Assembly: GCA_000146045.2 (NCBI GenBank)
Contig: BK006949.2
Location: forward strand, 800,001 to 864,000
Length of the DNA: 64,000 bases
Source of the DNA: TPA_inf: Saccharomyces
Lineage: Eukaryota
Reading direction: 5' to 3'
Shown: piece by piece, positions 44,750-56,974 of the stretch
How the letters are laid out: every line of letters starts with the position of its first letter
Numbering within the stretch: the stretch's first letter is position 1
Notes under the pieces: generated by a model
What the model was told of the DNA's origin: nothing
What the model saw: the letters and a program-made list of their open reading frames with translations, nothing else
Databases searched by the model: none
Position numbers and translations under genes: made by a program

Positions 44750-46031
44750 TGGTAGCGCCTGTGCTTCGGTTACTTCTAAGGAAGTCCACACAAATCAAGA
44801 TCCGTTAGACGTTTCAGCTTCCAAAATTCAAGAATATGATAAGGCTTCCACTAAGGCTAACTCTCAACAGACAACAACACCTGCTTCATCAGCTGTTCCA
44901 GAGAACCCCCATCATGCCTCTCCTCAACCTGCTTCAGTACCACCTCCACAGAATGGGCCGTACCCACAGCAGTGCATGATGACCCAAAACCAAGCCAATC
45001 CATCTGGTTGGTCATTTTACGGACACCCATCTATGATTCCGTATACACCTTATCAAATGTCGCCTATGTACTTTCCACCTGGGCCACAATCACAGTTTCC
45101 GCAGTATCCATCATCAGTTGGAACGCCTCTGAGCACTCCATCACCTGAGTCAGGTAATACATTTACTGATTCATCCTCAGCGGACTCTGATATGACATCC
45201 ACTAAAAAATATGTCAGACCACCACCAATGTTAACCTCACCTAATGACTTTCCAAATTGGGTTAAAACATACATCAAATTTTTACAAAACTCGAATCTCG
45301 GTGGTATTATTCCGACAGTAAACGGAAAACCCGTACGTCCGATCACTGATGATGAACTCACCTTCTTGTATAACACTTTTCAAATATTTGCTCCCTCTCA
45401 ATTCCTACCTACCTGGGTCAAAGACATCCTATCCGTTGATTATACGGATATCATGAAAATTCTTTCCAAAAGTATTGAAAAAATGCAATCTGATACCCAA
45501 GAGGCAAACGACATTGTGACCCTGGCAAATTTGCAATATAATGGCAGTACACCTGCAGATGCATTTGAAACAAAAGTCACAAACATTATCGACAGACTGA
45601 ACAATAATGGCATTCATATCAATAACAAGGTCGCATGTCAATTAATTATGAGAGGTCTATCTGGCGAATATAAATTTTTACGCTACACACGTCATCGACA
45701 TCTAAATATGACAGTCGCTGAACTGTTCTTAGATATCCATGCTATTTATGAAGAACAACAGGGATCGAGAAACAGCAAACCTAATTACAGGAGAAATCCG
45801 AGTGATGAGAAGAATGATTCTCGCAGCTATACGAATACAACCAAACCCAAAGTTATAGCTCGGAATCCTCAAAAAACAAATAATTCGAAATCGAAAACAG
45901 CCAGGGCTCACAATGTATCCACATCTAATAACTCTCCCAGCACGGACAACGATTCCATCAGTAAATCAACTACTGAACCGATTCAATTGAACAATAAGCA
46001 CGACCTTCATCTTAGGCCAGAAACTTACTGA
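44709..46031 (+). CDS. TYA: TYA (Gag, 440 aa) of Ty1 copy 2
   Basis: [15 protein letters not shown]... Ty1-type Gag. The stop TGA is at 46029-46031. Confidence 0.93.
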
Positions 46032-49000
46032 ATCTACAGTAAATCATACTAATCATTCTGATGATGAACTCCCTGGACACCTCCTTCTCGATTCAGGAGC
46101 ATCACGAACCCTTATAAGATCTGCTCATCACATACACTCAGCATCATCTAATCCTGACATAAACGTAGTTGATGCTCAAAAAAGAAATATACCAATTAAC
46201 GCTATTGGTGACCTACAATTTCACTTCCAGGACAACACCAAAACATCAATAAAGGTATTGCACACTCCTAACATAGCCTATGACTTACTCAGTTTGAATG
46301 AATTGGCTGCAGTAGATATCACAGCATGCTTTACCAAAAACGTCTTAGAACGGTCTGACGGCACTGTACTTGCACCTATCGTAAAATATGGAGACTTTTA
46401 CTGGGTATCTAAAAAGTACTTGCTTCCATCAAATATCTCCGTACCCACCATCAATAATGTCCATACAAGTGAAAGTACACGCAAATATCCTTATCCTTTC
46501 ATTCATCGAATGCTTGCGCATGCCAATGCACAGACAATTCGATACTCACTTAAAAATAACACCATCACGTATTTTAACGAATCAGATGTCGACTGGTCTA
46601 GTGCTATTGACTATCAATGTCCTGATTGTTTAATCGGCAAAAGCACCAAACACAGACATATCAAAGGTTCACGACTAAAATACCAAAATTCATACGAACC
46701 CTTTCAATACCTACATACTGACATATTTGGTCCAGTTCACAACCTACCAAAAAGTGCACCATCCTATTTCATCTCATTTACTGATGAGACAACAAAATTC
46801 CGTTGGGTTTATCCATTACACGACCGTCGCGAGGACTCTATCCTCGATGTTTTTACTACGATACTAGCTTTTATTAAAAACCAGTTTCAGGCCAGTGTCT
46901 TGGTTATACAAATGGACCGTGGTTCTGAGTATACTAACAGAACTCTCCATAAATTCCTTGAAAAAAAAAATGGTATAACTCCATGCTATACAACCACAGC
47001 GGATTCCCGAGCACATGGAGTCGCTGAACGGCTAAACCGTACCTTATTAGATGACTGCCGTACTCAACTGCAATGTAGTGGTTTACCGAACCATTTATGG
47101 TTCTCTGCAATCGAATTTTCTACTATTGTGAGAAATTCACTAGCTTCACCTAAAAGCAAAAAATCTGCAAGACAACATGCTGGCTTGGCAGGACTTGATA
47201 TCAGTACTTTGTTACCTTTCGGTCAACCTGTTATCGTCAATGATCACAACCCTAACTCCAAAATACATCCTCGTGGCATCCCAGGCTACGCTCTACATCC
47301 GTCTCGAAACTCTTATGGATATATCATCTATCTTCCATCCTTAAAGAAGACAGTAGATACAACTAACTATGTTATTCTTCAGGGCAAGGAATCCAGATTA
47401 GATCAATTCAATTACGACGCACTCACTTTCGATGAAGACTTAAACCGTTTAACTGCTTCATATCATTCGTTCATTGCGTCAAATGAGATCCAAGAATCCA
47501 ATGATCTTAACATAGAATCTGACCATGACTTCCAATCCGACATTGAACTACATCCTGAGCAACCGAGAAATGTCCTTTCAAAAGCTGTGAGTCCAACCGA
47601 TTCCACACCTCCGTCAACTCATACTGAAGATTCGAAACGTGTTTCTAAAACCAATATTCGCGCACCCAGAGAAGTTGACCCCAACATATCTGAATCTAAT
47701 ATTCTTCCATCAAAGAAGAGATCTAGCACCCCCCAAATTTCCAATATCGAGAGTACCGGTTCGGGTGGTATGCATAAATTAAATGTTCCTTTACTTGCTC
47801 CCATGTCCCAATCTAACACACATGAGTCGTCGCACGCCAGTAAATCTAAAGATTTCAGACACTCAGACTCGTACAGTGAAAATGAGACTAATCATACAAA
47901 CGTACCAATATCCAGTACGGGTGGTACCAACAACAAAACTGTTCCGCAGATAAGTGACCAAGAGACTGAGAAAAGGATTATACACCGTTCACCTTCAATC
48001 GATGCTTCTCCACCGGAAAATAATTCATCGCACAATATTGTTCCTATCAAAACGCCAACTACTGTTTCTGAACAGAATACCGAGGAATCTATCATCGCTG
48101 ATCTCCCACTCCCTGATCTACCTCCAGAATCTCCTACCGAATTCCCTGACCCATTTAAAGAACTCCCACCGATAAATTCTCATCAAACTAATTCCAGTTT
48201 GGGTGGTATTGGTGACTCTAATGCCTATACTACTATCAACAGTAAGAAAAGATCATTAGAAGATAATGAAACTGAAATTAAGGTATCACGAGACACATGG
48301 AATACTAAGAATATGCGTAGTTTAGAACCTCCGAGATCGAAGAAACGAATTCACCTGATTGCAGCTGTAAAAGCAGTAAAATCAATCAAACCAATACGGA
48401 CAACCTTAAGATACGATGAGGCAATCACCTATAATAAAGATATTAAAGAAAAGGAAAAATATATCGAAGCATACCACAAAGAAGTCAACCAACTATTGAA
48501 AATGAATACTTGGGACACTGACAAATATTATGACAGAAAAGAAATAGACCCTAAAAGAGTAATAAATTCAATGTTTATCTTCAACAGGAAACGTGACGGT
48601 ACTCATAAAGCTAGATTTGTTGCAAGAGGTGATATTCAGCATCCTGACACTTACGACTCAGGCATGCAATCCAATACCGTACATCACTATGCATTAATGA
48701 CATCCCTGTCACTTGCATTAGACAATAACTACTATATTACACAATTAGACATATCTTCGGCATATTTGTATGCAGACATCAAAGAAGAATTATACATAAG
48801 ACCTCCACCACATTTAGGAATGAATGATAAGTTGATACGTTTGAAGAAATCACTTTATGGATTGAAACAAAGTGGAGCGAACTGGTACGAAACTATCAAA
48901 TCATACCTGATAAAACAGTGTGGTATGGAAGAAGTTCGTGGATGGTCATGCGTATTTAAGAATAGTCAAGTAACAATTTGCTTATTCGTTGATGATATGA

Positions 49001-49980
49001 TATTGTTCAGCAAAGACTTAAATGCAAATAAGAAAATCATAACAACACTCAAGAAACAATACGATACAAAGATAATAAATCTGGGTGAAAGTGATAACGA
49101 AATTCAGTACGACATACTTGGCTTAGAAATCAAATATCAAAGAGGTAAATACATGAAATTAGGTATGGAAAACTCATTAACTGAGAAAATACCCAAATTA
49201 AACGTACCTTTGAATCCAAAAGGAAGAAAACTTAGCGCTCCAGGTCAACCAGGTCTTTATATAGACCAGGATGAACTAGAAATAGATGAAGATGAATACA
49301 AAGAGAAGGTACATGAAATGCAAAAGTTGATTGGTCTAGCTTCATATGTTGGATATAAATTTAGATTTGACTTACTATACTACATCAACACACTTGCTCA
49401 ACATATACTATTCCCCTCTAGGCAAGTTTTAGACATGACATATGAGTTAATACAATTCATGTGGGACACTAGAGATAAACAACTGATATGGCACAAAAAC
49501 AAACCTACCGAGCCAGATAATAAACTAGTCGCAATAAGTGATGCTTCATATGGTAACCAACCATATTACAAGTCACAAATTGGCAACATATATTTACTTA
49601 ATGGAAAGGTAATTGGAGGAAAGTCCACCAAGGCTTCATTAACATGTACTTCAACTACGGAAGCAGAAATACACGCGATAAGTGAATCTGTCCCATTATT
49701 AAATAACCTCAGTCACCTTGTGCAAGAACTTAACAAGAAACCAATTACTAAAGGATTACTAACCGACAGTAAATCTACAATCAGTATAATTATATCCAAT
49801 AATGAAGAGAAATTTAGAAACAGATTTTTTGGTACTAAAGCAATGAGACTAAGAGATGAAGTATCAGGAAATCATCTGCACGTATGCTATATCGAAACCA
49901 AAAAGAATATTGCAGACGTAATGACCAAACCTCTTCCGATAAAAACATTCAAACTATTAACAAACAAATGGATTCATTAG
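46015..49980 (+). CDS. TYB: TYB (Pol) of Ty1 copy 2 via +1 frameshift at CTTAGGC (46011-46017)
   Basis: 1322-codon open frame from GGC at 46015 to the stop at 49978-49980. The ORF-track 1240-aa segment starts at an internal Met. Confidence 0.9.
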
Positions 49981-50002
49981 ATCTATTACATTATGGGTGG
50001 TA

Positions 50003-50340
50003 TGTTGGAATAAAAATCCACTATCGTCTATCAACTAATAGTTATATTATCAATATATTATCATATACGGTGTTAAGATGATGACATAAGTTATGAGAAG
50101 CTGTCATCGATGTTAGAGGAAGCTGAAACGCAAGGATTGATAATGTAATAGGATCAATGAATATAAACATATAAAACGGAATGAGGAATAATCGTAATAT
50201 TAGTATGTAGAAATATAGATTCCATTTTGAGGATTCCTATATCCTCGAGGAGAACTTCTAGTATATTCTGTATACCTAATATTATAGCCTTTATCAACAA
50301 TGGAATCCCAACAATTATCTAATTACCCACATATATCTCA
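50003..50340 (+). repeat. 3' LTR of Ty1 copy 2
   Basis: Identical to the 5' LTR. Confidence 0.93.
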
Positions 50341-50512
50341 GAAATTTTACTAGAAGTTCATTATCCTATTACTTATCAATCCTTGCATTTCAGCTTTCAT
50401 TAAATGTGCTCACTGTTTCTCAATCTTTATGCCATATTTTTGCACCGTATACGATAACATGCAAATAGTACGAATACTAATCGATATGTGATGGTTGATT
50501 CTTATTCCAACA
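50341..50512 (-). repeat. Right part of the old diverged solo delta (minus orientation) into which Ty1 copy 2 inserted
   Basis: gaaattttactagaagttcattatcctattacttatcaatccttgcatttcagc...ttattccaaca. Delta-like but about 15-20% diverged. It starts with the TSD copy GAAAT. Confidence 0.6.
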
Positions 50513-50613
50513 ATTATCTTGAACTTCAATCAACTCTCGCAGTTGTCACGTGCAATTTGATACATGTCGCGTTGATATACAAGTACTAAATACGGTACAC
50601 AATGGATTATTTC

Positions 50614-50628
50614 TGTTGTATCTCAAAA
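50614..50628 (+). repeat. First 15 bp of a Ty3 sigma LTR (TGTTGTATCTCAAAA), separated from the rest of the sigma (56555-56885) by the Ty1 copy 3 insertion
   Basis: Joining 50614-50628 to 56560 onward reconstitutes the sigma 5' end TGTTGTATCTCAAAATGAGATATGTCAG. CAAAA is duplicated at both Ty1 flanks. Confidence 0.8.
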
Positions 50629-50966
50629 TGAGAAATGGGTGAATGTTGAGATAATTGTTGGGATTCCATTGTTGATAAAGGCTATAATATTAGGTATACA
50701 GAATATACTAGAAGTTCTCCTCGAGGATATAGGAATCCTCAAAATGGAATCTATATTTCTACATACTAATATTACGATTATTCCTCATTCCGTTTTATAT
50801 GTTTATATTCATTGATCCTATTACATTATCAATCCTTGCGTTTCAGCTTCCTCTAACATCGATGACAGCTTCTCATAACTTATGTCATCATCTTAACACC
50901 GTATATGATAATATATTGATAATATAACTATTAGTTGATAGACGATAGTGGATTTTTATTCCAACA
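50629..50966 (-). repeat. 3' LTR of Ty1 copy 3
   Basis: 338 bp, reading TGAGAAATGG...TTCCAACA on the + strand. Same U3 family as the copy 2 LTRs. Confidence 0.93.
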
Positions 50967-50988
50967 TACCACCCATAATGTAATAGAT

Positions 50989-53900
50989 CTAATGAATCCA
51001 TTTGTTTGTTAATAGTTTGAATGTTTTTATCGGAAGAGGTTTGGTCATTACGTCTGCAATATTCTTTTTGGTTTCGATATAGCATACGTGCAGATGATTT
51101 CCTGATACTTCATCTCTTAGTCTCATTGCTTTAGTACCAAAAAATCTGTTTCTAAATTTCTCTTCATTATTGGATATAATTATACTGATTGTAGATTTAC
51201 TGTCGGTTAGTAATCCTTTAGTAATTGGTTTCTTGTTAAGTTCTTGCACAAGGTGACTGAGGTTATTTAATAATGGGACAGATTCACTTATCGCGTGTAT
51301 TTCTGCTTCCGTAGTTGAAGTACATGTTAATGAAGCCTTGGTGGACTTTCCTCCAATTACCTTTCCATTAAGTAAATATATGTTGCCAATTTGTGACTTG
51401 TAATATGGTTGGTTACCATACGAAGCATCACTTATTGCGACTAGTTTATTATCTGGCTCGGTAGGTTTGTTTTTGTGCCATATCAGTTGTTTATCTCTAG
51501 TGTCCCACATGAATTGTATCAACTCATATGTCATGTCTAAAACTTGCCTAGAGGGGAATAGTATATGTTGAGCAAGTGTGTTGATGTAGTATAGTAAGTC
51601 AAATCTAAATTTATATCCAACATATGAAGCTAGACCAATCAACTTTTGCATTTCATGTACCTTCTCTTTGTATTCATCTTCATCTATTTCTAGTTCATCC
51701 TGGTCTATATAAAGACCTGGTTGACCTGGAGCGCTAAGTTTTCTTCCTTTTGGATTCAAAGGTACGTTTAATTTGGGTATTTTCTCAGTTAATGAGTTTT
51801 CCATACCTAATTTCATGTATTTACCTCTTTGATATTTGATTTCTAAGCCAAGTATGTCGTACTGAATTTCGTTATCACTTTCACCCAGATTTATTATCTT
51901 TGTATCGTATTGTTTCTTGAGTGTTGTTATGATTTTCTTATTTGCATTTAAGTCTTTGCTGAACAATATCATATCATCAACGAATAAGCAAATTGTTACT
52001 TGACTATTCTTAAATACGCATGACCATCCACGAACTTCTTCCATACCACACTGTTTTATCAGGTATGATTTGATAGTTTCGTACCAGTTCGCTCCACTTT
52101 GTTTCAATCCATAATGTGATTTCTTCAAACGTATCAACTTATCATTCATTCCTAAATGTGGTGGAGGTCTTATGTATAATTCTTCTTTGATGTCTGCATA
52201 CAAATATGCCGAAGATATGTCTAATTGTGTAATATAGTAGTTATTGTCTAATGCAAGTGACAGGGATGTCATCAACGCATAATGATGTACAGTGTTGGAT
52301 TGCATACCTGTATCGTACGTATCAGGATGCTGAATGTCACCTCTTGCAACAAATCTAGCTTTATGAGTTCCGTCACGTTTCTTGTTGAAGATAAACATTG
52401 AATTTATTACTCTTTTGGGGTCTATTTCTTTTCTGTCATAATATCTGTCAGTGTCCCAAGTTTTCATCTTCAACAGTTGGTTGACTTCTTTGTGGTATGC
52501 TTCGATATATTTTTCTTTTTCTTTAATATCTTTATTATAGGTGATTGCCTCATCGTATCGTAAGGTTGTTCGTATTGGTTTGATTGATTTTACTGCTTTT
52601 ACAGCTGCAATCAGGTGAATTCGTTTCTTCGATCTCGGAGGTTCTAAACTACGCATATTCTTAGTATTCCATGTGTCTCGTGATACCTTAATTTCAGTTT
52701 CATTATCTTCTAATGATCTTTTCTTACTGTTGATAGTAGTATAGGCATTAGAGTCACCAATACCACCCAAACTGGAATTAGTTTGACGAGAATTGATCGG
52801 TGGAAGTTCTTTAAAGGAGTCTGATAATTCGGTAGGAGGTTCTGGAGGCGGATCGGGAAGTGGGAGATCAGCGATAATAGATTCCTCGGTATTCTGTTCA
52901 GAAACAGTAGTTGGCGTTTTGATAGGAACAATATTGTGCGATGAATTATTTTCCGGTGGAGAAGCATCGATTGAAGGTGAACGGTGTATAATCCTTTTCT
53001 CAGTCTCCTGGTCGCTTATCTGCGGAACAGTTTTGTTGTTGGTACCACCCGTACTGGATATTGGTACGTTTGTATGATTAGTCTCATTGTTACTGTACGA
53101 GTCTGAGTGTCTGAAATCTTTAGATTTACTGGCGTGCGACGACTCATGTGTGTTAGATTGGGACATGGGAGCAAGTAAAGGAACATTTAATTTATGCATA
53201 CCACCCGAACCGGTACTCTCGATATTGGAAATTTGGGGGGTGCTAGATCTCTTCTTTGATGGAAGAATATTAGATTCAGATATGTTGGGGTCAACTTCTC
53301 TGGGTGCACGAAGATTGATTTCAGATATAGGTTTTGAATCTTCAGTATGAGTTGACGGAGGTGTGGAATCGGTTGGACTCACAGCTTTTGAAAGGACATT
53401 TCTCGGTTGCTCAGGATGTAGTTCAATGTCAGATTGGAAGTCATGGTCAGATTCTATGTTAAGATCATTGGATTCTTGGATCTCATTTGACGCAATGAAC
53501 GAATGATATGAAGCAGTTAAACGGTTTAAGTCTTCATCGAAAGTGAGTGCGTCGTAATTGAATTGATCTAATCTGGATTCCTTGCCCTGAAGAATAACAT
53601 AGTTAGTTGTATCTACTGTCTTCTTTAAGGATGGAAGATAGATGATATATCCATAAGAGTTTCGAGACGGATGTAGAGCGTAACCTGGGATGCCACGAGG
53701 ATGTATTTTGGAGTTAGGGTTGTGATCATTGACGATAACAGGTTGACCGAAAGGTAACAAAGTACTGATATCAAGTCCTGCCAAGCCAGCATGTTGGCTT
53801 GCAGATTTTTTGCTTTTAGGTGAAGCTAGTGAATTTCTCACAATAGTAGAAAATTCGATTGCAGAGAACCATAAATGGTTCGGTAAACCACTACATTGCA

Positions 53901-54951
53901 GTTGAGTACGGCAGTCATCTAATAAGGTACGGTTGAGCCGTTCAGCGACTCCATGTGCTCGGGAATCCGCTGTGGTTGTATAGCATGGAGTTATACCATT
54001 TTTTTCAAGGAATTTATGGAGAGTTCTGTTAGTATACTCAGAACCACGGTCCATTTGTATAACCAAGACACTGGCCTGAAATTGGTTTTTAATGAAAGCT
54101 AGTATCGTGGTAAATACATCGAGGATAGAGTCCTCGCGACGGTCGTGCAATGGATAAACCCAACGGAATTTTGTTGTCTCATCAGTAAATGAGATGAAAT
54201 AGGATGGTGCACTTTTTGGTAGGTTGTGAACTGGACCAAATATGTCAGTATGTAGGTATTGAAAGGGTTCGTATGAATTTTGGTATTTTAGTCGTGAACC
54301 TTTGATATGTCTGTGTTTGGTGCTTTTGCCGATTAAACAATCAGGACATTGATAGTCAATAGCACTAGACCAGTCGACATCTGATTCGTTAAAATACGTG
54401 ATGGTGTTATTTTTAAGTGAGTATCGAATTGTCTGTGCATTGGCATGCGCAAGCATTCGATGAATGAAAGGATAAGGATATTTGCGTGTACTTTCACTTG
54501 TATGGACATTATTGATGGTGGGTACGGAGATATTTGATGGAAGCAAGTACCTTTTAGATACCCAGTAAAAGTCTCCATATTGTACGATAGGTGCAAGTAC
54601 AGTGCCGTCAGATCGTTCTAAGACGTTTTTGGTAAAGCATGCTGTGATATCTACTGCAGCCAATTCATTCAAACTGAGTAAGTCATAGGCTATGTTAGGA
54701 GTGTGCAATACCTTTATTGATGTTTTGGTGTTGTCCTGGAAGTGAAATTGTAGGTCACCAATAGCGTTAATTGGTATATTTCTTTTTTGAGCATCAACTA
54801 CGTTTATGTCAGGATTAGATGATGCTGAGTGTATGTGATGAGCAGATCTTATAAGGGTTCGTGATGCTCCTGAATCGAGAAGGAGGTGTCCAGGGAGTTC
54901 ATCATCAGAATGATTAGTGTGATTTACCGTAGATTCAGTAAGTTCCTGGCC
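50989..54951 (-). CDS. TYB: TYB (Pol) of Ty1 copy 3 via +1 frameshift
   Basis: 1321-codon open frame from GGC (54951-54949) to the stop at 50989. The integrase C-terminal variable region (…[13 protein letters not shown]…[14 protein letters not shown]…) differs from copies 1 and 2. Confidence 0.9.
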
Positions 54952-56257
54952 TAAGGTGAAGGTCGTGCTTATTGTTCAATTGAATCGGTTCAGTAGTTGA
55001 TTTACTGATGGAATCGTTGTCCGTGCTGGGAGAGTTATTAGATGTGGATACATTGTGAGCCCTGGCTGTTTTCGATTTCGAATTATTTGTTTTTTGAGGA
55101 TTCCGAGCTATAACTTTGGGTTTGGTTGTATTCGTATAGCTGCGAGAATCATTCTTCTCATCACTCAGATTTCTCCTGTAATTAGGTTTGCTGTTTCTCG
55201 ATCCCTGTTGTTCTTCATAAATAGCATGGATATCTAAGAACAGTTCAGCGACTGTCATATTTAGATGTCGATGACGTGTGTAGCGTAAAAATTTATATTC
55301 GCCAGATAGACCTCTCATAATTAATTGGCATGCGACCTTGTTATTGATATGAATGCCATTATTGTTCAGTCTGTCGATAATGTTTGTGACTTTTGTTTCA
55401 AATGCATCTGCAGGTGTACTGCCATTATATTGCAAATTTGCCAGGGTCACAATGTCGTTTGCCTCTTGGGTATCAGATTGCATTTTTTCAATACTTTTGG
55501 AAAGAATTTTCATGATATCCGTATAATCAACGGATAGGATGTCTTTGACCCAGGTAGGTAGGAATTGAGAGGGAGCAAATATTTGAAAAGTGTTATACAA
55601 GAAGGTGAGTTCATCATCAGTGATCTGACGTACGGGTTTTCCGTTTACTGTCGGAATAATACCACCGAGATTCGAGTTTTGTAAAAATTTGATGTATGTT
55701 TTAACCCAATTTGGAAAGTCATTAGGTGAGGTTAACATTGGTGGTGGTCTGACATATTTTTTAGTGGATGTCATATCAGAGTCTGCTGAGGATGAATCAG
55801 TAAATGTATTACCTGACTCAGGTGATGGAGTGCTCAGAGGCGTTCCAACTGATGATGGATACTGCGGAAACTGTGATTGTGGCCCAGGTGGAAAGTACAT
55901 AGGCGACATTTGATAAGGTGTATACGGAATCATAGATGGGTGTCCGTAAAATGACCAACCAGATGGATTGGCTTGGTTTTGGGTCATCATGCACTGCTGT
56001 GGGTACGGCCCATTCTGTGGAGGTGGTACTGAAGCAGGTTGAGGAGAGGCATGATGGGGGTTCTCTGGAACAGCTGATGAAGCAGGTGTTGTTGTCTGTT
56101 GAGAGTTAGCCTTAGTAGAAGCCTTCTCACATTCTTCTGTTTTGGAAGCTGAAACGTCTAACGGATCTTGATTTGTGTGGACTTCCTTAGAAGTAACCGA
56201 AGCACAGGCGCTACCATGAGAAATGGGTGAATAATTAGATAATTGTTGGGATTCCAT
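54935..56257 (-). CDS. TYA: TYA (Gag, 440 aa) of Ty1 copy 3
   Basis: [15 protein letters not shown]... ending ...HLRPGTY*. Confidence 0.93.
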
Positions 56258-56554
56258 TGTTGATAAAGGCTATAATATTAGGTATACAGAATATACTAGA
56301 AGTTCTCCTCGAGGATATAGGAATCCTCAAAATGGAATCTATATTTCTACATACTAATATTACGATTATTCCTCATTCCGTTTTATATGTTTATATTCAT
56401 TGATCCTATTACATTATCAATCCTTGCGTTTCAGCTTCCTCTAACATCGATGACAGCTTCTCATAACTTATGTCATCATCTTAACACCGTATATGATAAT
56501 ATATTGATAATATAACTATTAGTTGATAGACGATAGTGGATTTTTATTCCAACA
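56217..56554 (-). repeat. 5' LTR of Ty1 copy 3
   Basis: 338 bp. Contains the TYA ATG. Confidence 0.93.
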
Positions 56555-56885
56555 CAAAATGAGATATGTCAGTATGACAATACGTCATCCTGAACGTTCA
56601 TAAAACACATATGAAACAACCTTATAACAAAACGAACAACATGAGACAAAACCCGTCCTTCCCTAGCTGAACTACCCAAAAGTATAAATGCCTGAACAAT
56701 TAGTTTAGATCCGAGATTCCGCGCTTCCACCACTTAGTATGATTCATATTTTATATAATATATAAGATAAGTAACATTCCGTGAATTAATCTGATAAACT
56801 GTTTTGACAACTGGTTACTTCCCTAAGACTGTTTATATTAGGATTGTCAAGACACTCCGGTATTACTCGAGCCCGTAATACAACA
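56555..56885 (+). repeat. Ty3 sigma solo LTR (remaining 331 bp of about 341) ending 16 bp upstream of tRNA-Ala
   Basis: ...TGAGATATGTCAGTATGACAATACGTCA...CGAGCCCGTAATACAACA is a recognisable sigma sequence. Its position 16 bp 5' of the mature tRNA end is the canonical Ty3 target at the Pol III start site. Confidence 0.85.
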
Positions 56886-56901
56886 ATTTACAACAAGATT
56901 C

Positions 56902-56974
56902 GGGCGTGTGGCGTAGTCGGTAGCGCGCTCCCTTAGCATGGGAGAGGTCTCCGGTTCGATTCCGGACTCGTCCA
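56902..56974 (+). tRNA. tRNA-Ala (anticodon AGC)
   Basis: 73-nt sequence GGGCGTGTGGCGTAGTCGGTAGCGCGCTCCCTTAGCATGGGAGAGGTCTCCGGTTCGATTCCGGACTCGTCCA. Contains the G3:U70 alanine identity pair and a B box GGTTCGATTCC. A T-run follows. Confidence 0.93.

Larger units (their letters stand above)
44412..50340 (+). mobile_element. Full-length Ty1 (coding) with Ty2-type LTR U3 (Ty1/2 hybrid-like), 5929 bp, identical LTRs, TSD GAAAT (44407-44411 and 50341-50345); corresponds to the YPR158W-A/B position
   Basis: LTRs at 44412-44749 and 50003-50340. TYA and TYB are intact with the frameshift heptamer at 46011-46017. One extra Lys codon arises from an A10 run (EKKNG vs EKNG). Confidence 0.93.
50629..56554 (-). 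mobile_element. Full-length Ty1 (5926 bp) with Ty2-type LTR U3, inserted into a sigma element with TSD CAAAA (50624-50628 and 56555-56559); corresponds to the YPR158C-C/D position
   Basis: LTRs at 50629-50966 and 56217-56554. They differ at about 3 positions near the U5 end (gaatgttgag vs gaataattag). TYA and TYB are intact with the frameshift heptamer CTTAGGC at 54955-54949 on the minus strand. Confidence 0.93.

Noticed and set aside
50513-50613. 101-bp unique segment between the old delta and the sigma start
   Set aside because: Tested by eye against delta, sigma and tau termini. No convincing match, so it was treated as ordinary ancestral tRNA-upstream sequence.
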